Positions 21,129 through 30,743 of a stretch of DNA of 64,000 bases are shown in pieces. The stretch covers positions 704,001-768,000 of the forward strand of contig CAWHDP010000002.1 of assembly GCA_963828125.1 (NCBI GenBank), given 5' to 3'. Position numbers and translations under genes: made by a program. This DNA comes from an uncultured Chlamydiae bacterium (GTDB taxonomy: Bacteria; Chlamydiota; Chlamydiia; Chlamydiales; SM23-39). How positions within the stretch are numbered: the stretch's first letter is position 1; every line of letters begins with the position of its first letter. A model generated the notes under the pieces. That model was not told the origin of the DNA. It ran no database searches and saw nothing but the letters and a program-made list of their open reading frames with translations.

Positions 21129-22508
21129 ATGTACAAAAGATACCAGGTCTTAGCTCGTAAGTACCGTCCCCAAGCCTTCCGCGACGTCGTAGGTCAAGAG
21201 TCTGCCGTCACGACCCTGAAAAATGCGATCCGCTTCAGCAAAATCGCCCACGCTTACCTGTTCTGCGGCTCCCGCGGGGTCGGGAAAACGACCCTCGCCC
21301 GCCTCTTTGCCAAAGCGCTGAACTGCCACAGCCTCAGTCCCGAACTGGAGCCGTGCAACCAGTGCCCTTCTTGTCTGGAGATCCAATCGGGCCAGTCGCT
21401 CGACGTGATCGAGATTGACGGAGCCTCCAACCGGGGGATCGACGATATCCGGCAAATCAATGAAACAGTGGGCTATGCCCCAAGCCAAGGCCGCTATAAG
21501 ATCTACATCATCGACGAAGTCCACATGCTCACCAAGGAGGCGTTCAACGCCCTCCTTAAAACCCTCGAAGAGCCCCCCGAACAGGCCAAATTTTTCTTTG
21601 CAACCACCGAACCCCATAAAGTCCTCCCCACTATCATCAGTAGATGCCAACGGTTCGATTTGGCCCGGATTGACCCGAGTCGAATCGCCGGTAAATTGGG
21701 GGAGATCGCGGAAGATCTATCCCGCATCGTTGAACCTGAGGCGCTTCAGCTTATCGCCGCCTTCTCGGAAGGGAGCCTAAGGGACGCGGAGTCGCTCTTC
21801 GATCAAATTCTCTGTTTTTCCGAAAAGACGATTACAGCAGGGGTTGTCCGGCAGACGTTAGGCCTCGTCCCTGTAGAGCTCTTCCATTCCCTCGACCAAG
21901 CTTTTTCAAACTTCGATCTCTCCTATGCGTTTGAACTCGTAGATCAACTCTTCCAAACGGGTAAAGATCTCGCCCATTTCCTCGAACAACTCATCGAACA
22001 CTATCGAAATATCGTCTCCGCTAAATGCAGAGCCGGGGAAGGGCATCCTTCGGCCAAACTCTATACCCAACAGCAGGCGCTCTATATCCTCGATCTTTTG
22101 ATCCAAGCCGAAGCGAATTTCCAAAAAAGCACCTTTCAAAGGATCGCCCTCGAATCGCTCCTCCTCCAAATCATCCGGAGCAAAAACCGGATCCCTGTCG
22201 AAGTGCTGATCCGCAGTCTGAGAGAAGGAGTGGAAGAGGGGCCGAAAAATCCCATCGAGGCGCCAGTGGTCGAAAGGGTGCAGATGGTGGAAGCGGAAAA
22301 ACCTAAACCTGTTCAACCCATTGCGGAAACAGCCGCCCCGGCTCCGGAACCCGTATTAAAGCCTACCCCCTTTAATCCGTATGTCTCTAAGAGTCAAGAT
22401 GTTAAGGTTGAAGCGCTAGCTAAAAGCAGCCCTAAAAAACACCCGAGTCATTATGATACAGTCATGCGGTTTGCAGCCGTCGAATTCGAGGGAACAATAA
22501 AAAATTAA
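21129..22508 (+). CDS. dnaX: DNA polymerase III subunit gamma/tau
   Basis: ARKYRPQ, GSRGVGKTT, EIDGASNRG, IIDEVHML, LKTLEEPP, SRCQ. Confidence 0.97.
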   Translation: MYKRYQVLARKYRPQAFRDVVGQESAVTTLKNAIRFSKIAHAYLFCGSRGVGKTTLARLFAKALNCHSLSPELEPCNQCPSCLEIQSGQSLDVIEIDGASNRGIDDIRQINETVGYAPSQGRYKIYIIDEVHMLTKEAFNALLKTLEEPPEQAKFFFATTEPHKVLPTIISRCQRFDLARIDPSRIAGKLGEIAEDLSRIVEPEALQLIAAFSEGSLRDAESLFDQILCFSEKTITAGVVRQTLGLVPVELFHSLDQAFSNFDLSYAFELVDQLFQTGKDLAHFLEQLIEHYRNIVSAKCRAGEGHPSAKLYTQQQALYILDLLIQAEANFQKSTFQRIALESLLLQIIRSKNRIPVEVLIRSLREGVEEGPKNPIEAPVVERVQMVEAEKPKPVQPIAETAAPAPEPVLKPTPFNPYVSKSQDVKVEALAKSSPKKHPSHYDTVMRFAAVEFEGTIKN

Positions 22509-22518
22509 ATAGGTGGAT

Positions 22519-22803
22519 ATGGGAAGCGGTTTTTCGAAGATGAAAAAACAGGCCCGGCTGATGCAAGAACAGTTTAGCCAGGCAAAAAATAAAATGGAAA
22601 CAACCCTCGTCGAGGGGAGTGCAGGCAATGGCCTCGTGGTTGTCGTACTGAATGGGGCTAAAGAATTAAAAAAAATCACCATCCAACCTGAATGTGTGAG
22701 CGATGTCGAGGGGTTGCAAGATCTAATCATCGGCGCATTCGAAGATGCCGCCAGCAAGATCAAGGATCAAAGTCCTGTTGGAGGTATGCCGGGATTTCTG
22801 TAG
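22519..22803 (+). CDS. ybaB: YbaB/EbfC nucleoid-associated protein
   Basis: EGSAGNGLV, DVEGLQDLI; directly after dnaX. Confidence 0.92.
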   Translation: MGSGFSKMKKQARLMQEQFSQAKNKMETTLVEGSAGNGLVVVVLNGAKELKKITIQPECVSDVEGLQDLIIGAFEDAASKIKDQSPVGGMPGFL

Positions 22804-22849
22804 ACAAATATTTTTCATTTTTTTATGCTCTGACTCCAATATTTTAATA

Positions 22850-22867
22850 TGGACATTGGTCATTTAA
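22850..22867 (-). repeat. family B 18-bp repeat (left inverted copy flanking the L,D-transpeptidase)
   Basis: TGGACATTGGTCATTTAA is the reverse complement of 23507-23524 with one mismatch. Confidence 0.75.
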
Positions 22868-22881
22868 CAGGAGTATAAGAA

Positions 22882-23490
22882 ATGAATCTAGTAGACAGCA
22901 CATCAGATATAGAGAGCTTAACAAAGCTGTTCGATGAAAATCGCGACAAATATACAGAGCAGCTTAAGAATTGCCTTCAGATAGCTGAAAAAATACAAGT
23001 TGTCTCTCAACGAATTATTCTTATAGATGCAGCCACTCAAACTCTGCATCTATTTCAAGACAAAGCCCGCACTGTTTCCTATTTTATTTCAACAGCGAAC
23101 AAGGGACTGGGAGAGGTAGACGGTAGCTCTCAAACTCCAAGCGGACTCCACATCATCAAAGACAAAATCGGCGATAACGCCCCATTGACCACTGTGTTTC
23201 AATCGAGAGAACCACGTCCTGACGTGCCATTTAATCCCAATGGTGAGACCACACAAATTACCTCGCGCATTCTCCGTCTCAATGGCCTTGAGGAGGGTGT
23301 TAACAAAGGCGTAAATCAGCAAGGACAGAGTGTCGATTCATATACCCGCTATATTTACATCCACGGAACCAATCAAATCAATGACGTGGGGCAGGCTAAA
23401 TCGGCAGGCTGTATCCGGATGATGCCGAAGGACGTCGCTGACCTATATTCTAGAGTCGATGAAAAGACCCTAGTGTACATCTTCGCCTAA
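22882..23490 (+). CDS. L,D-transpeptidase (YkuD family)
   Basis: ISTA..TPSG, RILRL, YIYIHGT..SAGCIRM catalytic motif. Confidence 0.9.
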   Translation: MNLVDSTSDIESLTKLFDENRDKYTEQLKNCLQIAEKIQVVSQRIILIDAATQTLHLFQDKARTVSYFISTANKGLGEVDGSSQTPSGLHIIKDKIGDNAPLTTVFQSREPRPDVPFNPNGETTQITSRILRLNGLEEGVNKGVNQQGQSVDSYTRYIYIHGTNQINDVGQAKSAGCIRMMPKDVADLYSRVDEKTLVYIFA

Positions 23491-23506
23491 GTTTTTAAAA
23501 ATCAAT

Positions 23507-23524
23507 TTAAATGGCCAATGTCCA
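23507..23524 (+). repeat. family B repeat (right copy)
   Basis: TTAAATGGCCAATGTCCA; core recurs at 46788 and 63707. Confidence 0.75.
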
Positions 23525-23559
23525 GTTTAACGCATGCGTTAAAACAATCTGGATTAAAA

Positions 23560-23607
23560 TATACTGCGGCCACCCCAAAAGTGTGAATTTGGGGTGGCCG
23601 CAGTATA
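23560..23607 (+). repeat. family A short palindromic element
   Basis: Identical to 18944-18991. Confidence 0.93.
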
Positions 23608-23705
23608 ACACATATGTTAATGGGAGGTGGCCCGATCCAAGCCCCAACCCGGACGCTACTCTCCCAGCTCATCTGAGCCACACAGCGCTCACACCTGACA
23701 ATCGC

Positions 23706-24173
23706 TTATTCCCATGGAGATTGTGGGCTTGAGACGCTCACGTCTTCCTCTTTTCCTGAAGAATCCATTTCCTGGTGATCTAGCGAGAAGAAAATAACAA
23801 AGGTAGCTGTTACTATTGGAGCCCGACCATTTTGTTCGCATAGATCCGCTCTCTGCACAGATAATGCTTCTGATCTTAGCTCTCCCTCAATCTCGTTTAA
23901 TATCGTTTTTGAAGCAATGAGCTGAGCAGGACCCTCTATACGAACTTTCCATATAAATTGCTTAGCCTCTGGAGCATCTCCTATAAACTGACATATGTTA
24001 TAATTAGCACCATAGATTACTACATGCACTACATCATACAAACGCCCTTCGTCTTCATTATTCTTAATCATAAAACGGTGATGCAATTCACCCGTATTTT
24101 GTTTTTTATCATGCAGATATTGAAAATAATTAGTTTCAAATGATTGAAATGCCTGTCGAAGCGGTTGTGCCAT
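23706..24173 (-). CDS. hypothetical protein
   Basis: 155-aa AT-rich ORF with no recognised motif. Confidence 0.6.
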   Translation of the reverse strand: MAQPLRQAFQSFETNYFQYLHDKKQNTGELHHRFMIKNNEDEGRLYDVVHVVIYGANYNICQFIGDAPEAKQFIWKVRIEGPAQLIASKTILNEIEGELRSEALSVQRADLCEQNGRAPIVTATFVIFFSLDHQEMDSSGKEEDVSVSSPQSPWE

Positions 24174-24302
24174 GAGTGAGTTCCATTTTGTTGAATAGAC
24201 AGGCTATCACTTTTCTCAATTCCGTGGAATCAAAAAAAGTTTTTGCCAAAATATTCACTGCTCCCGTATACTTCTGGCAATCTTTTTAACCGGAGGTTTT
24301 TT

Positions 24303-24596
24303 ATGTCTGTCAACGCTACTCGCCATCTGCCGTTCTTCACCTTATTTGTGCCGGGTCCCATCCAACCTTTATGCCCATCTCAGCACTCCCCATTGAATTC
24401 ACCGGAACAATCAACAATGGTGAGTGAATCCTATCCATCTAAGCCAGCGCCACCACCGAGCCAAGCAAGTGTGGCAGAGACAATCCCCGACTCTGAGGAC
24501 GATAACAAAACGCTCGCAGAGATTCAGCAAGAATGGGAACAGTCTAGGGCAGACGCCGCCCTTATCGCACAGTCTCAGCAGCCAGAAAATTCTTGA
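24303..24596 (+). CDS. small low-complexity P/S/Q-rich hypothetical protein
   Basis: GGAGGT RBS before ATG 24303; overlaps the ptsI 3' end convergently. Confidence 0.55.
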   Translation: MSVNATRHLPFFTLFVPGPIQPLCPSQHSPLNSPEQSTMVSESYPSKPAPPPSQASVAETIPDSEDDNKTLAEIQQEWEQSRADAALIAQSQQPENS

Positions 24597-26331
24597 GTTC
24601 TTCCGCTGAGGGGTATTCGAGAGCCCCTTCGGCGAGTCTGCAGGCTTCGAGGATCCGCCACTTCCGGATCGTGTGTTTCACGAGCGGAATGTGGCGGGCT
24701 GCGACCGAAAACTCCCGGATGCCAAGACCGATGAGAAGCGGGATCATAGCGGGGTCAGCGGCGCATTCGCCGCAAAGGATGACCGGCTTGCGAGCTCGAT
24801 TAGCTGAAGCGACGACCATCCGGATGAGGCGGAGAATGCTCGGGTGGGTCGAGAAATAGAGTTCAGCTGTGTGCGAATTGCTCCGATCGGCCGCGAGGAC
24901 GTATTGGACGAGGTCGTTCGTCCCAATCGAGATGAAATCGACTTCATCGGCTAGAGCGTCCGACATGATGGCAGTAGAGGGGACTTCAATCATACAACCG
25001 ATCGGGACGTGTTTAGCGGTCTTCACCCCTTTTTGCGTAAGCTCGGTTTGGAGCTCGGACACTTTCTGTCGCACAATACGCATCTCCGAGATATCCGCCA
25101 CCATCGGAATGAGAATGTGGATCTCTCCAAAGTGACTCGCGCGGAGAATGGCGCGGAGCTGAGCATGGAGAATCTCCGGGTAGCGGAGGAGAAAGCGGAT
25201 CGCTCTACAGCCAAGAGCGGGATTGATTTCATGGCCAATGGCAGAAAAATAACGGGCGTCGGGCGTGCCGGGCGGCAGATCCACTTTTTTGTCTCCGCCC
25301 ACGTCAAATACACGGACAACAAGGGGCCTCCCTTTCAGCGCTTTGAGCATCCGCTTATAAATCGTGAATTGCTCCTCCTCAGTGGGAAAAGCTTTGCGGG
25401 AGAAAAATAGGTATTCCGAGCGGAAAAGACCGACGCCGCAAGCGCCGGCTTTTAGGAGCTGATCGATCTCTTTGGGATTCTCCAAATTAGCAAAAATCCT
25501 CACTTCATAGCCATCGATCGTCTCCGCTTTCAGGTGTGAGGCGCTCTTGAGCATTTTGTAGCTCATCTGATGATTCCGCTGGATCTCTTGATATTTCTTG
25601 AGAGTTTGTCGAGTCGGATTGAGGATCACAATCCCCTGTGATCCGTCGACAATGAGAGAGTGGACGTCCAATTTCTTAAGCTGCTTAATGTCGACATTAG
25701 CCACATAGGGGATCCCCTTCGCGCGGGCGATGATCGCAGCATGCGAGGTGAGGCCGCCCACAGCCGTCACAAAGGCGCTGACCAAAGAGGCGCTAGCCTC
25801 CACAGTTTCAGAGGGGACCAGCTCGTGGGTGAGGATGATTGAATTATGGGCCACCTCCCCCATTTTAATCTGCTCAAGGGGGCGGAGATGGCCTAAAATG
25901 CGGCGGGAAACGTCGACAATATCGCGAACCCGCTCTTGAAAATAGTGATCTTTGAGAGTGCTGAAGCGGATTTTATACTCTTCGATGATGTGATGAAAGA
26001 TCGACTCGGTGTTCCTCTGCATATCGCGGATCCGCTCCTCAATCACACTGGTTAGAAGCGGGTCTTGCATCATCTCGAGGTGGGTCCCTAAAATAGAGAC
26101 GATTTCAGGGGGCCCTTCGTTGAGCGAAAGTCTCTGGAGGCCCTCAACATCTCGTCGGCTCAGATCAAGAGCGCGCCGGTACCGGTCGATTTCCACCTCG
26201 ATCTCTTTTTTCGGAATCGCCACTTCAGGAACGAGATCTTCCGCACTGGCAAAAAACACAGGGAATCCAATGCCGATCCCCTTACTGATCGGTATGCCTC
26301 TTAGAATCACCTCTTCACTGCCATGCGGCAT
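24562..26331 (-). CDS. ptsI: phosphoenolpyruvate-protein phosphotransferase (enzyme I)
   Basis: GGLTSHAAIIAR, GLFRSE, NPALGCRAIR, MIEVPS, SIGTNDL, CGE. Confidence 0.97.
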   Translation of the reverse strand: MPHGSEEVILRGIPISKGIGIGFPVFFASAEDLVPEVAIPKKEIEVEIDRYRRALDLSRRDVEGLQRLSLNEGPPEIVSILGTHLEMMQDPLLTSVIEERIRDMQRNTESIFHHIIEEYKIRFSTLKDHYFQERVRDIVDVSRRILGHLRPLEQIKMGEVAHNSIILTHELVPSETVEASASLVSAFVTAVGGLTSHAAIIARAKGIPYVANVDIKQLKKLDVHSLIVDGSQGIVILNPTRQTLKKYQEIQRNHQMSYKMLKSASHLKAETIDGYEVRIFANLENPKEIDQLLKAGACGVGLFRSEYLFFSRKAFPTEEEQFTIYKRMLKALKGRPLVVRVFDVGGDKKVDLPPGTPDARYFSAIGHEINPALGCRAIRFLLRYPEILHAQLRAILRASHFGEIHILIPMVADISEMRIVRQKVSELQTELTQKGVKTAKHVPIGCMIEVPSTAIMSDALADEVDFISIGTNDLVQYVLAADRSNSHTAELYFSTHPSILRLIRMVVASANRARKPVILCGECAADPAMIPLLIGLGIREFSVAARHIPLVKHTIRKWRILEACRLAEGALEYPSAEELKNFLAAETVR

Positions 26332-26600
26332 TATTTTTCTCCAAATTCCATGTCAAAAGCATCCACGAGATGCTGCATTGTTAGTTCGGCGTCATCTCCC
26401 TCGATTGTCACCTCAATCACCGAATTTTTTTTCGCGGCAAGCATCAAGATGCTCATAATGCTTCTCGCGTTGATCGTCTCATTTTTGTGCGTAAAATGAA
26501 CGGACGATTGGCGAGGCTGCAGCAGCTTGACGATCGATGCGGCTGGACGCGTGTGGAGACCCAGCGAATTTTTCACCTTGATTTTACGCACGATTTTCAT
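26331..26600 (-). CDS. ptsH: phosphocarrier protein HPr
   Basis: GLHTRPA and NARSIMSIL. Confidence 0.95.
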   Translation of the reverse strand: MKIVRKIKVKNSLGLHTRPAASIVKLLQPRQSSVHFTHKNETINARSIMSILMLAAKKNSVIEVTIEGDDAELTMQHLVDAFDMEFGEK

Positions 26601-27543
26601 GCGCTAACCCCTTTTTCTGCCGTCTAGCTATGGTTTCTAATAATTTTATATTGAACTCTTTGGCCGAATTGTACCCCATATCCTTCAACCGGTGGTTGAG
26701 AGCAATGGTCTCCAAAAGGAGCACGACGTCCCTTCCAGGCTTCACGGGAAGCAAATGGTAAGGGACGCTCACGTTGAGGATATCGATATATTTGTCGTCG
26801 AGGCCGACCCGATCATAAAAATGTTGATCATCCCACCCTTCAAGCTTCACAACAATATCGATCCCCTTATCAGGCCGGACACAGACCGCCCCATACAAAT
26901 GGGCGACGTTGATAATCCCAATCCCACGGATCTCCATTAAGTGGCGCGTCAAATCGGGTCCCGATCCCACTAAATAAGATCCCTCTTTCTTTTTCACCCG
27001 CACCACATCGTCGGAAATCAGACGGTGGCCCCGTTCGATCAACCCAAGGGCTGCCTCGCTTTTGCCCACCGATGACTCGCCCTGAATCAGCACGCCGACG
27101 CCGAACACTTCGACCAAAGTCCCGTGAAGAGTGACGCTCTGACAAAATTCCTCCAAAAGAAGAAATGTGATCCGGCTCAGTAAATGGGTTGCGGTCGATG
27201 TAGCGCGGAAAAGGGGGATCCCCATTTTATCACAAAGCGCGATCAGCTCTTTCGGCGAGACAAGCCCCCGAGCGATGATCACAGCCGGAGTAGAAGAGGT
27301 TAAAAGAGCCTCCAGCCTCTGCATCCGCACTTTTGAGTCTAGTTCGCGCAAAAATTCGATCTCTTGCTTGCCGATCACCAAAATACGAGCCGAAACAAAC
27401 CCTTTTAAATAGCCGACCAGACTCAGTCCCGGCCGTTGGACTTCAGGCTTACGAATACGGCGGGAAAGACCACGGACGCCTGCAATCAAATCCAAACCCA
27501 AATATTTCGCGTGCTGCTCATACAAATGCTGAACTAAGTACAC
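26584..27543 (-). CDS. hprK: HPr kinase/phosphorylase
   Basis: RPGL, GVLIQGESSVGKSE, LISDD, EIRGIGII, PVKPGR; GTG start inferred. Confidence 0.96.
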   Translation of the reverse strand: MYLVQHLYEQHAKYLGLDLIAGVRGLSRRIRKPEVQRPGLSLVGYLKGFVSARILVIGKQEIEFLRELDSKVRMQRLEALLTSSTPAVIIARGLVSPKELIALCDKMGIPLFRATSTATHLLSRITFLLLEEFCQSVTLHGTLVEVFGVGVLIQGESSVGKSEAALGLIERGHRLISDDVVRVKKKEGSYLVGSGPDLTRHLMEIRGIGIINVAHLYGAVCVRPDKGIDIVVKLEGWDDQHFYDRVGLDDKYIDILNVSVPYHLLPVKPGRDVVLLLETIALNHRLKDMGYNSAKEFNIKLLETIARRQKKGLAHENRA

Positions 27544-28340
27544 AAATTCATCCCTTGTAAATAATAACTCAACCATTCAGAAAAGGTGGGAAAAGCGAGA
27601 TTCTCAACCCAAGATTTTTTATGGCTCACATCCGATATCGTATAATCTACTCCCGATAAATATACATTACCCATTTCGCTTCCCGGATACCAATCGCTAA
27701 AAAAGCACTGAAATGAAGACAAACCGCAAACTTCGTAAAATGGGTACAAAGCGCCCGGATCGACGTCTACATCGCCAGACCTAACTCTCTTCGCCGTTTT
27801 GAGAAACATCTCGATCACCCGTCTTCGCGCGCTTCCCATTTCTTCACTTTCTAATAAACCCATTTCAGAGAGTTTGCCAAAACCGTTGTGAATTTTAAGG
27901 AAGGAGAGAAAATCCCTCGGCAAATTCACATCGATCTCTCTTTGCAATTCCTGAATGTCTGCCTCCGTACAAGGAGGCCTTCCCCGAAAAAACGAGCTAT
28001 TGTCAGCCAGACTATAAATCAGTTCTCCGTCCATTGGCTCGTCCTCTACTCTACGGGTCAGGACAACAACCACATCGTCCAGCTGCTCAAAGAACTCAAA
28101 AAAAGCCGGATGAGCGCTCGGATGATAGGGAAGGCGATCTAACCAGAAATCGCGGGTAAATTCTACTCGATCTTGCGCAGAAACTCTACTTAATTCGTAC
28201 CACCCTCTCGGCAGATTGAACGCTATTTTGGAAATTTCCTCCCAAGACCCATTATTTTCTTCGGACAAAAACCGCACTTCCCTGAATGGATTGTCCTTAC
28301 TTCCAGAAAAAAACTGCCGCACAAGCGAATTCATAAACAT
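27534..28340 (-). CDS. SMI1/KNR4 family protein
   Basis: PPCTEADIQELQREIDVNLPRDFLSFLKIHNG and C-terminal FSEWL. Confidence 0.8.
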   Translation of the reverse strand: MFMNSLVRQFFSGSKDNPFREVRFLSEENNGSWEEISKIAFNLPRGWYELSRVSAQDRVEFTRDFWLDRLPYHPSAHPAFFEFFEQLDDVVVVLTRRVEDEPMDGELIYSLADNSSFFRGRPPCTEADIQELQREIDVNLPRDFLSFLKIHNGFGKLSEMGLLESEEMGSARRRVIEMFLKTAKRVRSGDVDVDPGALYPFYEVCGLSSFQCFFSDWYPGSEMGNVYLSGVDYTISDVSHKKSWVENLAFPTFSEWLSYYLQGMNLCT

Positions 28341-28568
28341 GACACCCAACGTTACTCAAAAATTGGCAAGTAGGCGAGACGAAAAACGGCCAAAAATCGA
28401 CCGAACGGGAAGAGGATAGTATTGGGCTAATACAATTCCCCTCTCGTTCGATCGATGTTTTTCGCTTTGAATCCGCCTACTTGCCAATTGTTGAGCCACG
28501 TTGGGTACACTGTGGCACAATTAAAAATTTCTTTCCCTAGAAATTTTTTATCCCCTATACTGGAGAGT

Positions 28569-29837
28569 ATGGGAAGTACAAAAGTTGTGATCTTAGGCGG
28601 CGGTTTTGGCGGACTCAATGCGGCCAAAGCGCTGGGCAATTCAAATTTCGATGTTTGGCTCATCGATAAGACGAACCACCATTTATTCCAACCGCTGCTC
28701 TATCAAGTAGCGAGCGCTGCACTCTCTCCCGGAGACATCGCCGTTCCGATCCGGGAAATCCTCAGCCCTTACAAAAACATCACAGTCATCATGGGCGAAG
28801 CGACGCAAATTGACAAAGAAAATCGGCAAATCTTCCTAAAAAATGGGGATCGGATTGGTTATGAATACTTGATTGCCGCCCTGGGGGCGCGCCATTCCTA
28901 CTTTGGAAATGATCAGTGGGAACCGTTTGCGCCAGGCTTGAAGACGCTCGTCGACGCTCTCAAGGTGCGCGAGAAGATTCTCATGTCGTTTGAAAAGGCG
29001 GAGCGATGCGACAGCATTTCCGAGGCGAAAAAATATCTCAATTTTGTGATCATCGGCGGCGGCCCGACCGGCGTCGAAATGGCAGGAGCGATCTCAGAAA
29101 TTGCCTACCATACGATGCTGAAAGATTTCCGGCGGATCGATACTGCGAAAACAAAGATCTATCTGATCGAAGGGTCTCCCCACGTACTCCCCGTCTATCC
29201 GGAAAAGCTCTCCATCAAGGCACAAGGCTATCTCGAGCAGTTCAAAGTCAACGTCATTACCGGCAAACGGGTGACTGGCGTTTCGGCCGAGGGGGTGACC
29301 GTAGAAGGGACTTTTATCCCAGCGGAGAATATCGTTTGGGCTGCGGGGAACCAGGCCTCAGAGGTTCTCAAAACCCTCAAAATTCCCCTAGACCGGCAAG
29401 GGCGCGCCATCGTCGACGCCGAGTTGAACATCCCCGACCATCCGGAAGTGTTTGTGGTCGGCGACGCCGCCTGTGCGATGGATAAGAAAGGGAAACCGCT
29501 CCCTGGCCTGGCTCCTGTCGCCATTCAGCAAGGGCGGTATGTCGCCGAGATTCTCCGGAAACGGCTGCCGAAAAGCGGACGCCCCCCATTTGTCTATTTT
29601 GACAAGGGAACCATGGCCACAATCGGCAAAAGGAAGGCAATTGGAACCTTTGGGAAGATCCAATTCAGCGGGCTCATCGCCTGGCTCGGCTGGTGCTTCG
29701 TCCACATTTTATACCTGATCGGCTTCCGAAACCGGATCGTCGTCCTCATGCGGTGGCTCTTTTCCTACTTTTCTAGCCAAAGAGGCGCGCGGCTCATCAA
29801 CCGCTCCATCGATGAGGAGATGCCTAAGAACTCGTAG
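28569..29837 (+). CDS. ndh: type II NADH dehydrogenase
   Basis: ILGGGFGG, HLFQPLLYQVA, IIGGGPTGVEMAG, WAAG, DKGTMATIG. Confidence 0.93.
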   Translation: MGSTKVVILGGGFGGLNAAKALGNSNFDVWLIDKTNHHLFQPLLYQVASAALSPGDIAVPIREILSPYKNITVIMGEATQIDKENRQIFLKNGDRIGYEYLIAALGARHSYFGNDQWEPFAPGLKTLVDALKVREKILMSFEKAERCDSISEAKKYLNFVIIGGGPTGVEMAGAISEIAYHTMLKDFRRIDTAKTKIYLIEGSPHVLPVYPEKLSIKAQGYLEQFKVNVITGKRVTGVSAEGVTVEGTFIPAENIVWAAGNQASEVLKTLKIPLDRQGRAIVDAELNIPDHPEVFVVGDAACAMDKKGKPLPGLAPVAIQQGRYVAEILRKRLPKSGRPPFVYFDKGTMATIGKRKAIGTFGKIQFSGLIAWLGWCFVHILYLIGFRNRIVVLMRWLFSYFSSQRGARLINRSIDEEMPKNS

Positions 29838-29884
29838 CCGAAGGCGATCGAAGGAGGACGAGCTTACGACAAAGCGTATTTTTT

Positions 29885-30541
29885 TTACAAGTCCATCTTG
29901 CGAATTAGATCCGTGAACTTTACGAAGGTTATCACTGGGCTCTTATCGTCACCTACATACTGAAATTGAACGTATTCATCTATCACAAATTTATTCGTTA
30001 TAATGGTTCCAGTAATCACATTATTCGATTGATTCCATACTGCGGATTGCCCCTTGCAACGATATTCAATGCTTCTGTCCTTCTCCGTTTTGCGTAACTG
30101 AATTGGCTCTTCGCATCCAATGCAGATATCAGCCGCTGATGCCTCGTATATGCAAAGATTATGGTGCCTCTTCAGATAAACTACAAAAGTTCGGGTATCT
30201 TCTACTGGGTTGCTAATTTGCGTGATCTCATATCTCCTCCTAGTGCCTCCTCGGTCATAGTACTGTAGCTTCTGGCTCACAGAGCGGCCCTGCTGGCATT
30301 CCTGCATATAAAGAACAATACGTTCATACCGCTGACGGACGCGGCTGTCATACGTCTGAAGGACGGGGCGAGCCTGCTCTGGCAACTCCTCGATGACTCG
30401 AGCCATTACTGGCGATCCTTCGATGGCTTGAGCCATTACTGGCGGCGATCCTTCGATGGCTTGAGCCATTACTGGCTGGAGAAGAGGATTGTAGAAATAC
30501 GGATTGAAGGGAACATTAAAGAAATACATTAACGGAGCCAC
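29885..30541 (-). CDS. hypothetical protein with short tandem repeat (PVMAQAIEGSP)
   Basis: 218-aa ORF; 30-33-bp tandem repeat at about 30379-30476. Confidence 0.65.
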   Translation of the reverse strand: MAPLMYFFNVPFNPYFYNPLLQPVMAQAIEGSPPVMAQAIEGSPVMARVIEELPEQARPVLQTYDSRVRQRYERIVLYMQECQQGRSVSQKLQYYDRGGTRRRYEITQISNPVEDTRTFVVYLKRHHNLCIYEASAADICIGCEEPIQLRKTEKDRSIEYRCKGQSAVWNQSNNVITGTIITNKFVIDEYVQFQYVGDDKSPVITFVKFTDLIRKMDL

Positions 30542-30648
30542 ACTGCCTCAATAGGTTAAAAGCAGAAAGGCTACAGCAAATGAGAGTTTTTTGCTATTTT
30601 AATTCACGAATTCACTGAGATCCCAATCATTTTTATATGTTATCGAGA

Positions 30649-30706
30649 TATACCGACAATCACTCAAGAATCGGCTTCCAGGCGGGATTGAGTCATTTCC
30701 GGCATA
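30649..30706. repeat. degenerate family C palindromic element
   Basis: TATACCGACAATCACTCAAGAATCGG...TTGAGTCATTTCCGGCATA imperfect inverted repeat, related to 18917-18945. Confidence 0.72.
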
Positions 30707-30743
30707 GTGGCCATTTGTGGTATAAGTGGATACAGGCAAACCT

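Noticed and set aside
15745..23607. Family A copies as a CRISPR array (CCACCCCAAAA resembles some Cas13a direct repeats)
   Set aside because: Copies are 1-5 kb apart with whole genes between them, are fully palindromic with TATA ends, and no cas genes are present.
23620..23705. SRP RNA or group II intron fragment near dnaX
   Set aside because: No SRP helix-8 GGAA motif or domain V consensus found on either strand.
23511..23732. Short ORFs spanning repeats (also 15588-15806, 18727-19002, 57507-57731)
   Set aside because: Their shared peptides are simply translations of the family A palindrome.
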